DNA of 64,000 nucleotides from Pelomyxa schiedti (Eukaryota > Protista > Evosea). Both the position numbers and the translations under genes were made by a program. Numbering within the stretch: the first letter of the stretch is position 1; every line of letters starts with the position of its first letter. The DNA is taken from contig JAHLWZ010000834.1 of the NCBI GenBank assembly GCA_020536535.1, forward strand, positions 26,337 through 90,336, in the 5' to 3' direction. The notes under the pieces were generated by a model, which had not been told where the DNA came from, made no database searches, and was given only the letters and a program-made list of their open reading frames with translations. Positions 24,375 to 37,189 of this stretch are shown here, piece by piece.

Positions 24375-27300
24375 ATGGGCAATAACGCACGTGGGCCAGC
24401 ACGGCCACGCAAATGCACTGTTGTGGGCTACGACGCCTTTCAACGCGCTCAGGCAGAGCGCGCCTCGTTCTTCTCTCGTTTGGAGGCAACAGCCAAACAA
24501 GCCGNNNNNNNNNNNNNNNNNNNNNNNNNNNNNNNNNNNNNNNNNNNNNNNNNNNNNNNNNNNNNNNNNNNNNNNNNNNNNNNNNNNNNNNNNNNNNNNN
24601 NNNNAACGCACGTGGGCCAGCACGGCCACGCAAATGCACTGTTGTGGGCTACGACGCCTTTCAACGCGCTCAGGCAGAGCGCGCCTCGTTCTTCTCTCGT
24701 TTGGAGGCAACAGCCAAACAAGCCGACGTTCCTAACGCAGCCACGAGCGTCGTAGTGGCTCGGAACTTCAAGCTTGTGAGGAAAATCGCACATGGCAGCA
24801 ACGGTACCTCACCCTATTTTCAGTTGCTTTTGTTGCCAGCAACGATTGACCTGGAACTTTGGAAGGGATTGTTTACGAGGTGAAGTGCATTGGTGATGGC
24901 CACCCTGAGCTCTTCAGGGACCAATCTTACGTGCTCAAGGTGCCATTTAATTACTGGGGTGTGCACACGAGTTCAGTCTCAAATGCATTTGAGGTGTGTT
25001 CTTTAAAATGCCACCTTTTTTCCCCCATTGCTTAATGACACATTGGCTGAAGAATGAATACCTTGTGTCATCGACACTTGAAGGGCACCCAAATGTGAAC
25101 CAGTATTTCTGTCACTTCACGGACAGGCCCCCTCGGGAGTATTATGACGTGCTACCACCAGTTCCAAAGGAGTTGGCATTTGATCCAGTGATGAAAAGGA
25201 TCCACGCATGTGTGTGGATTGTTCTGGAGTATCACTCAGAGACACTCGATCATTTCTTGAAAACCCTCAACCAGTCCACTGGCACTCAGCGGCCTCTCAC
25301 AACGACACCCTGGTGTGTTGTTCACAAGTACTCAAGAGATATCTGTGCAGGACTTGTTCATCTCTTCTCGAACCGAACGATTCACTTTGACATCAAGTTG
25401 GACAACATCGTTGTCTCTTCGGTGTGTCTTGTGCCACACAAACTTGTCATTACCCAACTAACCAAAAAAAAAGAACAAAGAGCAAGCCATTGTGATAGAT
25501 CTCGGATGCGCCAAGAAATTCCCAGACGGATTACTTGAGAGGGAAACAGGGTTCTTTGTTGGGACAGTTGGGAATCTGTCTCACCTTGCACCCGAAATTC
25601 TCAATGGCATTGCACTGCACACGCAGCACCCAGATCGCTGTCCTAGATTGCCTTGTGAAAAGGTGTGTCAAAGCACTCTCGCACCGCCCTGACTCCGCCG
25701 CTCTCCAAAACCAGCAACCATCATTTTGTTTGAACTTGCAATGGGTGGTCAACATCCACTGCCAGGATACCCGGCGGCTTATGGTCCAACTGGCCAGGTT
25801 GCCTTTTCAGTTCAGAGTGAGGAGCAGTTTCCATTGAGACCGCCAGAATTCCCCAGGGAGTTCTGCCACCTTGTTCGTGGGTTGCTTGAGTATGATCCCG
25901 CGAAAAGGATTCCCCTTTTGGAGGCATCCAAACTGTTGGAAACTCTTATTCCTGATCCAAGTCCTCAGGAACAGTTCTCATTCTACACTCTCTTTGAACC
26001 AAACAATGATCCAGGTTACATTTCTGAGCTTTCGTGGTGGAAATGATTTTTTTCAGGGAGACTCACAGCAAAGGCTTTTTGCCAGATTCTGAGTGGCAAT
26101 TCAACGGCAAAGGACTGCGTTGACACTCTCCACGTAGCTCTTGATATTGAACCATTGTTCTCACCTGCTTTATTGATTCTTCATTACTTGCTGTCTTCTG
26201 GTGCCTCTGTGCATGAAACTGGTGTGACGAGAAAGGGAATACGTGCAGCCATCTCCGGGAAGGCTTCATTCACACACGTAGATGTAGAATTTGAGAGAGC
26301 CATCAACCATACGCACAGGACCACTCTCCCTGAATTACTTTTAAGGGCACTGAGGATGAGGCACATCGGCTGTGATGACAACAACGCAATCAAAAGCTGC
26401 CTGGGGTTGCTTCAAGGAAAGGTCTCATCTGTGTACTTTACCAGGTCCAGACAAGTACCGTCTTCTGATCATTTCTCAGCAGACAATTTTTTGAGGAATA
26501 TTATTGACTCGTGTTCAGAAGAAGACTGCGTCAAACGAATGTGTAGCGACCAGCTCACTATCTGCACATGTAAGTACCCAAGCAAACTTAATTATTAAAT
26601 TAATATTTTTATCTCTGTGAGACAAATACCAACAAAAAAAAAGATCAACAACTTCCCCGAAGCAAACTGATGCTTCAGGCACTTTTTGAGTTTGAGGAAG
26701 TAAACATTGAGACTGCCATCCACCTCGTCTCAGATGCTTTCAAACTATTTGAGAGTTGCCGCAGTACGCGTTTCAAATGGAATGAATACTGCACTTAATA
26801 CAATACTATTCCAAAAAGGAAGCCCTGAATCACAAATTCAGTTCCAGGATGAGTTGTGTTACCTCCCAGGCCTTCTGTTTCTTTATGGTCTCCGTTTTTT
26901 CGCTGATGATCATGTGGCTTTGCACCAACTCATTCCACCAAACTTGTCATCTGTATATTCTCGTGCCATCTCCAGCTCCATTTCCTCAATGCGAGACTAT
27001 TGTCAAATGGTGTTACGGACACAACTACAAGTTCATGAAGAGCAAGCTGAGGAAACGGTGAGTATTACAGAGGAGTGGGATGCACTCATTGCTTCAGTGT
27101 CTGCAATTACTGATTTTCGTGATCCCCCGTCAAAAGGGTTGGGCAAACAGGGGGCATGTGAATATTTTGTTGCTTTGTGGACCACCTTTTGTTTGGAGAA
27201 ATCTTCAGGGGGTCTCCTTCAGATCGTGGGCTGTATGGCACACAAGGAACCAACCGCACTTTGGTTGTCTTCCACTATGACACTTGTTGGTGCATGTTTT

Positions 27301-28074
27301 CTTACTGGAACTGGTGTGGACAGAGACCCCAGCAAAGCTGTGTCACTTTTTCAGAAGGCTGTTGATGCCGGAAATGCCTCTGCAATGAACAGCCTTGGTT
27401 GGTGTTACGAAAAGGGCAATGGTGTTGGTGAGGACATGAACGAGGCTGTGTCACTTTACAGGAGGGCTGCTGATGCCGGAAATGCCAATGCAATGAACAA
27501 CCTTGGTATGTGTTACCAAAATGGCAATGGTGTGAACAAGGACATGACCGAGGCTGTGTCACTCTTCAGGAGGGCTGCTGATGCCGGGGATGCCAGTGCA
27601 ATGTTCAACCTTGCTTTGTGTTACAAGAATGGCAATGGTGTTGACAAGAACGTCAATGAGGCCGTGTTACTCTACAGAAGGGCTTCCAATGCTGGGGATA
27701 CCGATGCAATGAACAACCTTGGTGTGTGTTACCACCATGGCAATGGTGTTGACAAAGACATTAACGCAGCTGTGTCACTGTTCAGGAGGGCTGCTGATGC
27801 TGGAAGTTCCACTGCAATGAACAGCCTTGGTTTGTGTTACTACAAAGGCAATGGTGTTGACAAGAACATCAACGAGGCTGTGTCACTTTACAGGAGGGCT
27901 GCTGATGCCGGAAATGCCAATGCAATGAACAACCTTGGTGTGTGTTACTACAAAGGCAATGGTGTCAGCAAGGACATGACCGAGGCTGTGTCACTTTTCA
28001 GGAGGGCTGCTTCTGGGGGGTGTGAGAGTGGTAGAGTCAATCTCATGAAAGTGAGGGAACCTCAAAACGGGTAA
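24375..28074 (+). CDS. Ser/Thr protein kinase with ~7 C-terminal Sel1-like repeats; spans a gap and has an apparent frameshift at ~25725
   Basis: KIAHGSNG, YVLKVP, IHFDIKLDN, IDLG, HLAPE; Sel1 units AMNNLGxCYxxGNGVxKDxxEAVSLxRRAADAG. Confidence 0.85.
24384..24725. other. Scaffold gap (100 N) flanked by an identical 121-nt duplicate
   Basis: 24384-24504 is identical to 24605-24725; collapsing them restores the kinase reading frame. Confidence 0.9.
27275..28030 (+). repeat. Tandem 108-nt coding repeats (Sel1-like)
   Basis: GCAATG(A/T) recurs at 27382, 27490, 27598, 27706, 27814 and 27922. Confidence 0.95.
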
Positions 28075-28379
28075 TAACATTCCACAGTACATCATTAAAT
28101 AGACAGTGCTGTAATTTACAACTTGGAAAATGTCCGCGTCTAAACTCCAACACAAAAGNNNNNNNNNNNNNNNNNNNNNNNNNNNNNNNNNNNNNNNNNN
28201 NNNNNNNNNNNNNNNNNNNNNNNNNNNNNNNNNNNNNNNNNNNNNNNNNNNNNNNNNNCAATCTCATGAAAGTGAGGGAACCTCAAAACGGGTAATAACA
28301 TTCCACAGTACATCATTAAATAGACAGTGCTGTAATTTACAACTTGGAAAATGTCCGCGTCTAAACTCCAACACAAAAG
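28038..28379. other. Scaffold gap (100 N) flanked by an identical 121-nt duplicate
   Basis: 28038-28158 is identical to 28259-28379. Confidence 0.9.
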
Positions 28380-28584
28380 CAACCAAGAAACCGAGTCCAA
28401 GGCAAGCTGCTCCGCGATGTGAGGACCGAACTCACACGAGTCCTTGTTGAAAGTGCCACTAGTTTTTTTTTACTCTCGAGAGAGTATCTCAGTAAGTTTG
28501 TGGATGACAACCAACCAGAGACACCCACATGATTGTCCTAAGGATACCCTGAAGAAGAAGACAATTCGAGGAAGACGAACGACG

Positions 28585-29822
28585 ATGAACAGTAATCGGA
28601 AAAACACGCCTCTGTACAATTTATTCTGGAAGCCCGAATGGGCCATTCCCAACTCAGGAGGTCTCACTCTCACTGGCCACTCCAAGGCCGCTGGTATTTC
28701 TTTTTTTTCTTTTTTTCTTTTTTTCTTTTTTGTACCCTTTTCCGTCTGTGGTGGCTAAAGACCAACAGAAAAAACTGGCTTTAGAATTCCTGAGTTGGCT
28801 TTGTTTTTTGATGCTGGGGTACAGTGTTACCAGGACCCTGAAGTTATTGCCATTACACACGCTCACACTGACCACTCGTTTGCTTTGCCAATGTGTATGC
28901 TTTTTCTCTTCGAACATTCCTAGTGGTTTCGTTTCAAAAAGTGCTGAAACTTCCATTATGCAAGTATTGACAGGGATTCACAAAACTCCTTTGGTCATGG
29001 TACCAGTTGGATGTGGACAATTCTTTGACAATTTTGTGAGAAGCACCTTTGAATTGAGTGTGTGCAGCACGGATGCTATACATACCAAGGAATTGTTCAC
29101 TCTGAAAGAAGTGGCCCCAACTGAGGTCGTAGAGATGCAACTCAAAGGCCGCCGATTTAATGTACTCCTCCTTGAACAATAAGTGCACTTGGCTGAATTG
29201 ATTCCACTTGAAACTAACACTTGGCGGAAGCTGGAAATATTCAGGTGTGAGCACACTGTTCCTTCTGTTGGATACGGCCTTTGTGAAATGAGGCCGAAAT
29301 TGAAAGCTGAATATTCTTCCTTGGACGGGCCCGCTCTTGGAGCACTAAGAAAAACAGGTATGCTACTTAAAGGTTCCGGAAATTTCTACCATATGCACAG
29401 GGGTAGCTGTGACAGAGCCACAACCTCACCGAATTATCTGTTTCCTTGGGGATACCCACCATTCTGCATTATTGGCAGCTGGGCTTAGGGTTGATGCCAC
29501 AGCACCAAAAGTTGGGCTTTCCTTGTACCCGGTCATTGTGGTGGAGTGTTCCTACTTCCTAAAGGAGAATTCTGATTCAGCAGAGTCCGCCAAACACATT
29601 CATTGGGATGCGTTATTGCCGTAAGTTCGTTGGGTTTGACCCTTCCTTAACATTGCAAATAGGTTTGTTTTGGCCAATCCCGAAATAACATTTGTTTTGA
29701 TTCATTTCAGCCTCCGGTATAGTGACACAGAAATTGCTGAATTTTTCAAGGCAGCCTGTGCTGAACACCACATTACCAACATAGTTGTCTGGCTAGATGA
29801 AGCACCTCTTGTCTTCCATTGA
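28585..29822 (+). CDS. Short-form (TM-type/plant TRZ1-like) ribonuclease Z, MBL fold; alternative start at 28504
   Basis: FFDAG, ITHAHTDH (HxHxDH), EHTVPSVGY, KLKAEY (KL motif), FLGDT, VVECSY, KHIHW, LIHFSLRY. Confidence 0.85.
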
Positions 29823-29895
29823 AGAAGCATGTTTTGTCTTTCCTTTTTTTAAAAAAAATACAATATCTTTTGCCTTGGAGGGAAAAGAGACTATT

Positions 29896-30832
29896 CTATG
29901 GTCTGTAGTCGTTGTCAATTTGAGTGCCACACAAATCGGTGGTCCCTGTGATTTGTTTCATCACTGGGCTGGTCCACCCGCCAAAATTCTTCCAGTCTGA
30001 AAATGATGGGTTGTTGTCATAGTGTGCATACCAGATGGGATAACTGGAAAACTCTGTTGTGTCACACATAATTGGGGACCTAGATGTTTTATTATTTTGT
30101 GGGAGGCATTGACTTGGGCATTAATTTGTACCATTGGCTTGCAGAAGAGTATATTCCAATACAATATTTCAAGCCACAATCGGAATACATTGCCTCTGCT
30201 GTTGAAATTACTGTGCCGGGGTGAGTGACCGATACTTAAATTTCCTAACTTCATGCCTGTATGCAAAAATTGGATATTTTCGTCGCAAGTCCCGATCCAG
30301 TACTCTGTACCCTCTACATCCATCCATATCCTAGAAAGTGCCTTCAGTAAAGATGAAGAACGAAGAGGAAATACATGTTATCATGGTAAAGTACATCATC
30401 CTCGAACAGAGAGGTTATAGTGCTATTAACTTGACCGGCGGGGTCAAGACCATAATCCGGGAAGATGTACACATCCACAGGATATATTCCCGCTGAGACA
30501 GCATTGTGGTAATTTTCCCCAATATCTTAAAGTATGACACAAGTTAGGGACAGTCTAGTCAGAGATAAGAGGTTGTCCACACAAGGATTATAGTGCCCAG
30601 TTCCAGGAGGGTGACCAGTCTGGGCTTGCATGATTGCATACCTATAGCCACCAGAAAACAAGCACTCATAGGAACTAGTATTAACAGCCCCTTGGTAGTA
30701 ACTGTGATCAAATCTGGTTCAAAACCAAACTGTGAGAAATAGTTGTAAAAAAAAATTGACTCACCCAGAGGTGGCTAATGAGAGTTGTAAACAAAAAGCA
30801 CTGAAGACAAACACCAATGTCAACGCCACCAT
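29896..30832 (-). CDS. Secreted GH25 (Lys1/Entamoeba-type) lysozyme
   Basis: Signal peptide, FDHSYYQG, VDVYIFP, IWMDVEG, IGIYSSASQW, HYDNNPSFSDWKNFGGWTSPVMKQ. Confidence 0.88.
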
Positions 30833-30949
30833 TTGAAAAAAAACGACGTTTCTCCTTGATCGTTGTGTTTTAGATTCGTGATTTTGATGAAAAAAATTTT
30901 TTTGCTTCTCAGATTGGTTTCAACTTTGTGTAGGGACAGCACAGCCAAT

Positions 30950-32728
30950 TTAGAGGTTGATCATAGCATAACGATCACCACCAACACCAATCCACCTAAT
31001 AGTGTTGATTGGTTGGTTAGAGAGGAAGTGGGGATTTGGAAGGGAGTGTTTACTTGATTGGTACACCAAGGAATGCCTCGATCATCTTGATGTAGTTGCG
31101 GCAGTTTTCGGGAAGCTGATCAAAGGCCCTGATGGTGCTGATGTCCTCAGTCCATCCAGGATAGCTGCGATACACAACAGTTGCTCTGCTGAGTTCTTCA
31201 CTGGTGGCTGGGAATAGTGTAACTTCCTTTCCATCAATTACATAGGCAACAGCAACCTGGGAATATTTTGTTAGCTGGATAGTAGATGAGAAAGGGCAAT
31301 AAAAACGCACCTGAAGGGTTGGAATTCCAGTGAGACAATCAATCTTGGTAAGGTTGAGTGAGGTGTATCCATTAATGACACAGCTGTATTTCATGACAAC
31401 AAGGTCAAGCCATCCACACCTCCTTGGTCTGCCAGTTGTGGTTCCAAATTCATGACCGACCTTGCGGATGAGGTCTCCAGTTGCATCTAGCACAAAACAG
31501 TGAGAAACGGGTGTATTTGGTATTAAGTACCTAAAAGCTCAGTGGGGAATGGTCCCTCACCAACCCGGGTTGTGTAAGCCTTGATAACTCCAATTACAGA
31601 CCCAACTTTGTTTGGAGAAATTCCCAAACCAGTGAAGACACCACCAATGGTGGGGTGAGATGAGGTTACAAATGGATATGTCCCGTAGTCAATATCTAGC
31701 ATATGCGCATTTGCACCCTCAACGAGAACCCTTCTCAGCAATGAGGAAAGAAATAAATACATACAAACGTTAACACACCTTTTCCTCTCTGTGAATGCCC
31801 TATCAAGGTATTCAACAGTGTCGATAATCATTGGGGTCAAGGCAGTGGCATACTGACGGTACCTATTCGCAGTGAGTCCATTGAGCTAGCTCGATTACTT
31901 TTCATACTTAGCAAGCTCTGCATCAATGTCAATCCTGAGAGTTGGGAATCGAATCATGTATCCAGAAGCAAGCGTGTGGAACTTCGCAGTGAATCTAGAA
32001 AACCTATTTAGGGCCGAAAGGGTGCGTACTCTACTAGTGCACACGTTTCAAAAGAGAGGAGGTCACCCAAACGGATGCCTGTGCGCGCAGCCTTGTCGGC
32101 ATATGTTGGTCCGATCCCCTTCCTTTCAAGCTTTAAGTTCTTGCCATGAAGTTAAAACTTCTCACCTGGTTGTGCCAATCTTTGATCCCTCGGCACGAGC
32201 GCCTTCCTGCAGCCCATCCACATCCATATGGAAGTCGAAAACAATATGAGCCCTATTGGAAAGAACCAATCTTCCTATATTCAAATGTAAGCGTTTTATT
32301 GCACAAGGAAAAAAAAGTTACCAGTCAAGTTGCAACCAGCCTTTGTGAGTGAATCAATTTCACTGAACAAACTTGGAATGTGCACAACAACTCCGTTGCC
32401 AACAACTCCAATAACTTTGGGGTTCAAGACTCCAGAGGGAACCAAGTGGAATGCGTACTTAACTCCCGACACCCATAATGTGTGTCCCGCATTCGTGCCT
32501 CCGTTGTACCTGGTTAGGAAAAAAAAAAAAAATTTTAGTTCTGGTGTCTCGATGGCAACATAGAACAAAAACAGGAGTAAAGTAAAAAGACAAAAAAGAA
32601 GCCACGAGACAACAGCATTTAAAAAAAAAATACCTGCAACACAAGTCACATTCAGAGGAAAGGATGTCCACAATTTTTCCCTTGCCTTCGTCACCCCATT
32701 GGGCTCCAAGTACCACGATAGCCGACAT
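30950..32728 (-). CDS. purA: Adenylosuccinate synthetase
   Basis: [77 protein letters not shown]. Confidence 0.97.
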
Positions 32729-32844
32729 CCTTTCAACAGTTTTTTGGTTACAGTTTTTTTGTTTTTTTTGGACTTGTTGGTTACGTTTATTCTGTGTTCC
32801 AAAAAAATTCCCTGAACGAAACTTTGTACGGCATTTCTCCGGTG

Positions 32845-35385
32845 TTACGTGATAAGGCAATTAGAGGGTTTCTCCACAGAATAGGCTCCTCTGCGTGTTG
32901 CTGTTGTTCGTATTGCCCCAGGTGATGTGGGAAGAATCTGGCGCGATAGAAAGTCCTCGCCCAAAAGCTGTGCCATGCGGAAGAAGGCCAGGTCAACATT
33001 CTCGTTGGTCTTGGCACTGGTTTCAATGTAGTCTACTATGCGTTTGGTGGGATCGTGGTGCTCCGCGATAGTTCTGGAATGAAGGAAGTCATGGACCTGG
33101 GTGCGTTAAAGTCGATTTGATTGTGAAGATAGTTTTTTTTTTTTTTTGGGAACCTGGGAACAGGAAACTAGCCTTGCCGCAGTTTTATCTCTTTTGTTTC
33201 CGACGATCAAGATTACCTTTGGATCAGCTCTTATTGCCTCCTTATGCGCGGTTAAGATCAAGAAAGCATGACAGGAAAACGCGCCTGGAAGAACTGTTCA
33301 ACGGCAGAAAAAGATGAAGCCTCAGTCAGATCAAACACAATAATTACCCCAGGGACAGTGTATGAGTGAGGTGTTATCGTCCGGAACCTAGCAGGTAGTT
33401 ACAACGGGTATTGACAACAGTATAACCACCTCTCTTGACCAGCAGTCTCCCAGATTTGCATCTTGATAGTAAGACCGCAAATGTCTACTGTCCTGAAAGT
33501 ATGTTTGTACATAGTATTGTTATTTGACCTTACTTAATTTTGAAATCAACACCAATTGTTGGTATGTATGAGTCAGTGAATTCGCCATCTGCAAACCGTA
33601 GAAGGAGGCATGACTTCCCCACACCAGCACCACCAAGGATAACTATCTGTTGAGAAGTTAATTTTCCTTAAATTCAGCGATTGAAAACCTTGAATATACA
33701 GTCATACTCAAAAGCCATGGAATTTGTCTTGGGAATGTGCACAGGGGGCGCAACGAGGGCCGCTCCGACGTCACTATGCAGTTGTGAATAGCCCATTGTG
33801 GGGGAATGGTAGTACTCGAAGGCTTCCTTTGCAACAAAAAAAGATAGTTGTGAGACTAAGAGATTTATTTGCTTCATGCGTAAAACAAACCTTGGAGGCG
33901 GAAATAGACTCCCAGTACGCCTTTGATAGAAGAATTTGCTTCGATAACTTCATCAATGCCTTGCAGACCCGCTGTACACGATACAAGTCTTTGGGGAGAA
34001 GCATGGACAGTATTTGTATAACTACATCTTGGGGAAATGTCATCAGATGCTTCAAAGTGCGTAAATTCCAAGAAAAATGAATGGTGTTGGTACTGTCGAA
34101 AGCAAGCGAACGATTGGTTCAGGTGTACCAAATGAAATTGCCCAATCAACACAGTTGTTCCCTCCTTGAACATCCTGAAGGCGTTTATTTCCCCACTAGT
34201 AAGTTGGTTTTGCCACCTACATTCGGGTCTGCTCCAGCCTGTAACAGTAATTGTATTATAGAAGTGTCACACTTCCCTCGTAAGGCATGGAATAGAAGGC
34301 CAAAGCCATCAGGTCCGGTAGTATTAATTGTACGTTGTACAAGGTCAAATGCCAAGAGAAGACGAATCGCAATTAAATTCTTGGATTTCACAGCAACAAA
34401 GAGTGGGGTCTCTCCTGAAATAGATTTGAACATTATTTGCATTGAGTAAGAGCAACCATACCACTTGCGTTTTGTTCCACAACCACTCGGTCATTTACTG
34501 CTACGATTGAGGAAAAGACAACTTTGAATTCATCTTCGTTCGTCTCAGGCCTCATCCGACACAAGTAAATAAGGGCAGAGGTTCCAAAATCGGTTTGCAT
34601 AGTGAGATCTGCGCCTGATTGGATGAGGTATCGGGCAACCTAAGAGTGTTACTTGATTCAATCAGTACAAATATACACTACCGGTAAATGGCCCGCAGAC
34701 AATGCACAGAGAACGGGGGTCCGGCTGCTATAGTCCGTAGCATTCACTTTGGCCCCATTGTTGAGGAGCCATTTTGCTAACGCTAAATTTCCAGCAGTAC
34801 TTGACTACACCTTAGGAGGGAGGAATGTATAACATAGCACACCTGGCAGCATGTAATAATGTTTGGCCACTGGAATCAAAATCTTGAATCAGAGGGCTTT
34901 TTCGAGAGAGTTGAGTTATTTCAGCCACAAGTGCTTTGTTTGAGGGACTGTTGATCTCGGATGATGGGGGCATTGCCGTTATTTTATCTACAATCGAGCT
35001 GACATGCACATTGAAAGGAGGCTTGATGTGTGCTATCCAGTACACTGCGTAGTATTGCTTGAACTGGTGGGAAAGGAAAAAACCAAAAAGGAATAAAGAA
35101 AACTAACCATGTCTTTAGGAACTGTAAGCATAATTCTGGTGTGTAACACCTGATACGAAGCTGGAGGCACAACCACCAAGTTCGCGACTGAAGGTGACAC
35201 ACGGGCCCATACCCGTACACTGGGAAGCACACCATCCACAGGATATGGAGGACAAAAAGGAAGAATATACTCTCTTCTGAGGCTATTTTGTTTTAGTTTG
35301 AGATTACATAAGGCAGTGTCTGCAAAGTACGTAGTATTTTTTCCACTTTGGAAATGACAACTTCTCACCTAGGTAAAGATTAAAA

Positions 35386-35426
<41 letters not shown>

Positions 35427-35518
35427 GGCAGAGACTCGAAGAACGAAATAATAACACGACCAAATGCCTCCTCCTGGTCCTGGGTGTTAGATTTACCCGC
35501 CGCGCTTAAACCCTGCAT
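32845..35518 (-). CDS. Ankyrin-repeat / F-box / Rab1-like small GTPase fusion ending in a CaaX motif (CLIT)
   Basis: Ankyrin: [45 protein letters not shown]-box: [29 protein letters not shown]. GTPase: [37 protein letters not shown]. Confidence 0.8.
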
Positions 35519-35689
35519 TATAACTACTTAGAACTACTTCCGACTTTCTATCCCCAAATTTTAAATAAACTAAAAAAAAAGTGATGATGTATTGGATCGA
35601 CACCGTTACGACGCCTTGTGCCAGTGGCGGTTTTTAATTTGTTTCTTGGCTTTCGTGGGCAGCAATTGCATTGCCGGGGTGTGATAACG

Positions 35690-37120
35690 ATGATCAGCCC
35701 GCGATGGATTTTGATTGTTCTGTGCACGTCGTTCCTCATCTTTTTATCTGTGACTTTGCTAGCCAGTAGTCTCCTTTCTTTTTTTTTTTTTCCCTTGTTT
35801 TTTCCCCACTATCGCGGTTTCGGTTTTGTACTTGATGGATTGATTCTAACACCTGCACGTCACATAGGATTGTCAGTCAGCGAGCCGAGTGAGGAATTGA
35901 CCAAGGTTATTGAGGCATCTGACCAGGAGCAGAGGGATAAAGTTGCACAAATTGCATCACAAAGTAGTTCTAGGGTAGCGAGTGTAGAATCACAGCAGCA
36001 GGGCACGTCGGCGGCACTTCCTCCGGAGAGAGTAAAGATACCTGTGACTGTTGCATTTGTGGCCACTAATGGAATGTATCTCAATGGAATTCTGGCTCTT
36101 GTAGAAGTGTGTTTCGTTATTCTAACTCCAAATATAACTTTGTGTACAGGGCATACGGGGGTTCATACAAGAGGCTCAATTAGTTCTTCTTTGGACCCCA
36201 AATGTACCTCCTGAATTTAGGGATATCCTTGCACACTTTGGATTCGACCTTATTCGTAGTTTTCAAACTTAGTATGCCAACCACTAATACAAAAAAATAC
36301 AGAACTCCGGAATGCCCCAACTCACAGGAACTGGAAACCGGAAACCAACAAATGGAATGACCTCCTTGTCAAACTCGAGCTTTGGAACCTGGATCCCATC
36401 AAATACCCACGGGTGCTGTATTTCGATGCCGATATCGTTCTGCTCAAGGACCCAATGTGGATTTTCGATTTACCAGTACCGTGAGTGCACTTACTGGGTT
36501 TTTTGTTTCTTACATGGCGGAAGGTTTGCAGCACAAGAAGACGCTCACAACTGCAACCTTCCAAAAGGTACTACAGTAAGTAGGGTATGCTCTGGTGTAA
36601 TGCTGTTGCACCCGGACAGGTATTGAACGTTCGATACTCTTTTACTTTTAAAACAAGACAGACAAGTTTTTTCAGAGATGTGGAACATACTGGAGTTCAG
36701 CACAACACCGGTTATAAAAGGTGACCAGGAATTGATTGAGCGTTACTGGTCTGCTGCCATTGGTCCAGATAAAATCGTCACCCTCAATGAGAGTGACGTC
36801 GCATTTGTACACAAGTGCTGTGGGTGCTTTGACAGGGAGATATGGACAGGACAGACTGCAATCCACCTAATATCTGGGAGTAGTGGGTAGGTCCTCTTTC
36901 TTTCATGTACAGGAACTTACTGAATACCAGATGGTTTGACCGGGCAGCTTTTGTTGGTTCCGAGGCAGCCGAGTGTGATTGTCAGAGGGGATGGTTTGAT
37001 GTGTGGCAGAAGTTGTACGTTTCAGCTTTGAGGAAGCTTCAAGGAAGGTTTTCTGGGCTAGATATCAGCACACAGAATTACGCCCTTACCACTTTGCCTG
37101 GCTTTGGTTCCCAAATATGA
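35690..37120 (+). CDS. Glycosyltransferase family 8 (glycogenin-like), type II membrane protein
   Basis: N-terminal TM, YLNGILAL, KLELWNLD..YPRVLYFDADIVLL, CSGVMLLHP, GDQELI. Confidence 0.8.
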
Positions 37121-37189
37121 TGCTACCACACAGTTCTTGAAGAGCATTTTATGTTCCAGCTGTAACAACAAAGAGTTTTTTTGTTTTAC

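Noticed and set aside
27275-28030. Regular repeats resembling a CRISPR array
   Set aside because: They are 108-nt in-frame Sel1 coding units with no unique spacers, in a eukaryotic context with no cas genes.
24384-28379. 121-nt direct repeats flanking the N runs, read as LTRs or target-site duplications
   Set aside because: Both are the same length and abut 100-N gaps; collapsing the first restores the ORF. This fits an assembler overlap artefact.
35388-35424. Long poly-A run as a retroposon tail
   Set aside because: It is a poly-T tract inside intron 1 of the minus-strand gene, with no element body or target-site duplication.
35581-35690. GTGATGA C-box-like motif
   Set aside because: No downstream CTGA D box or recognisable rRNA guide.
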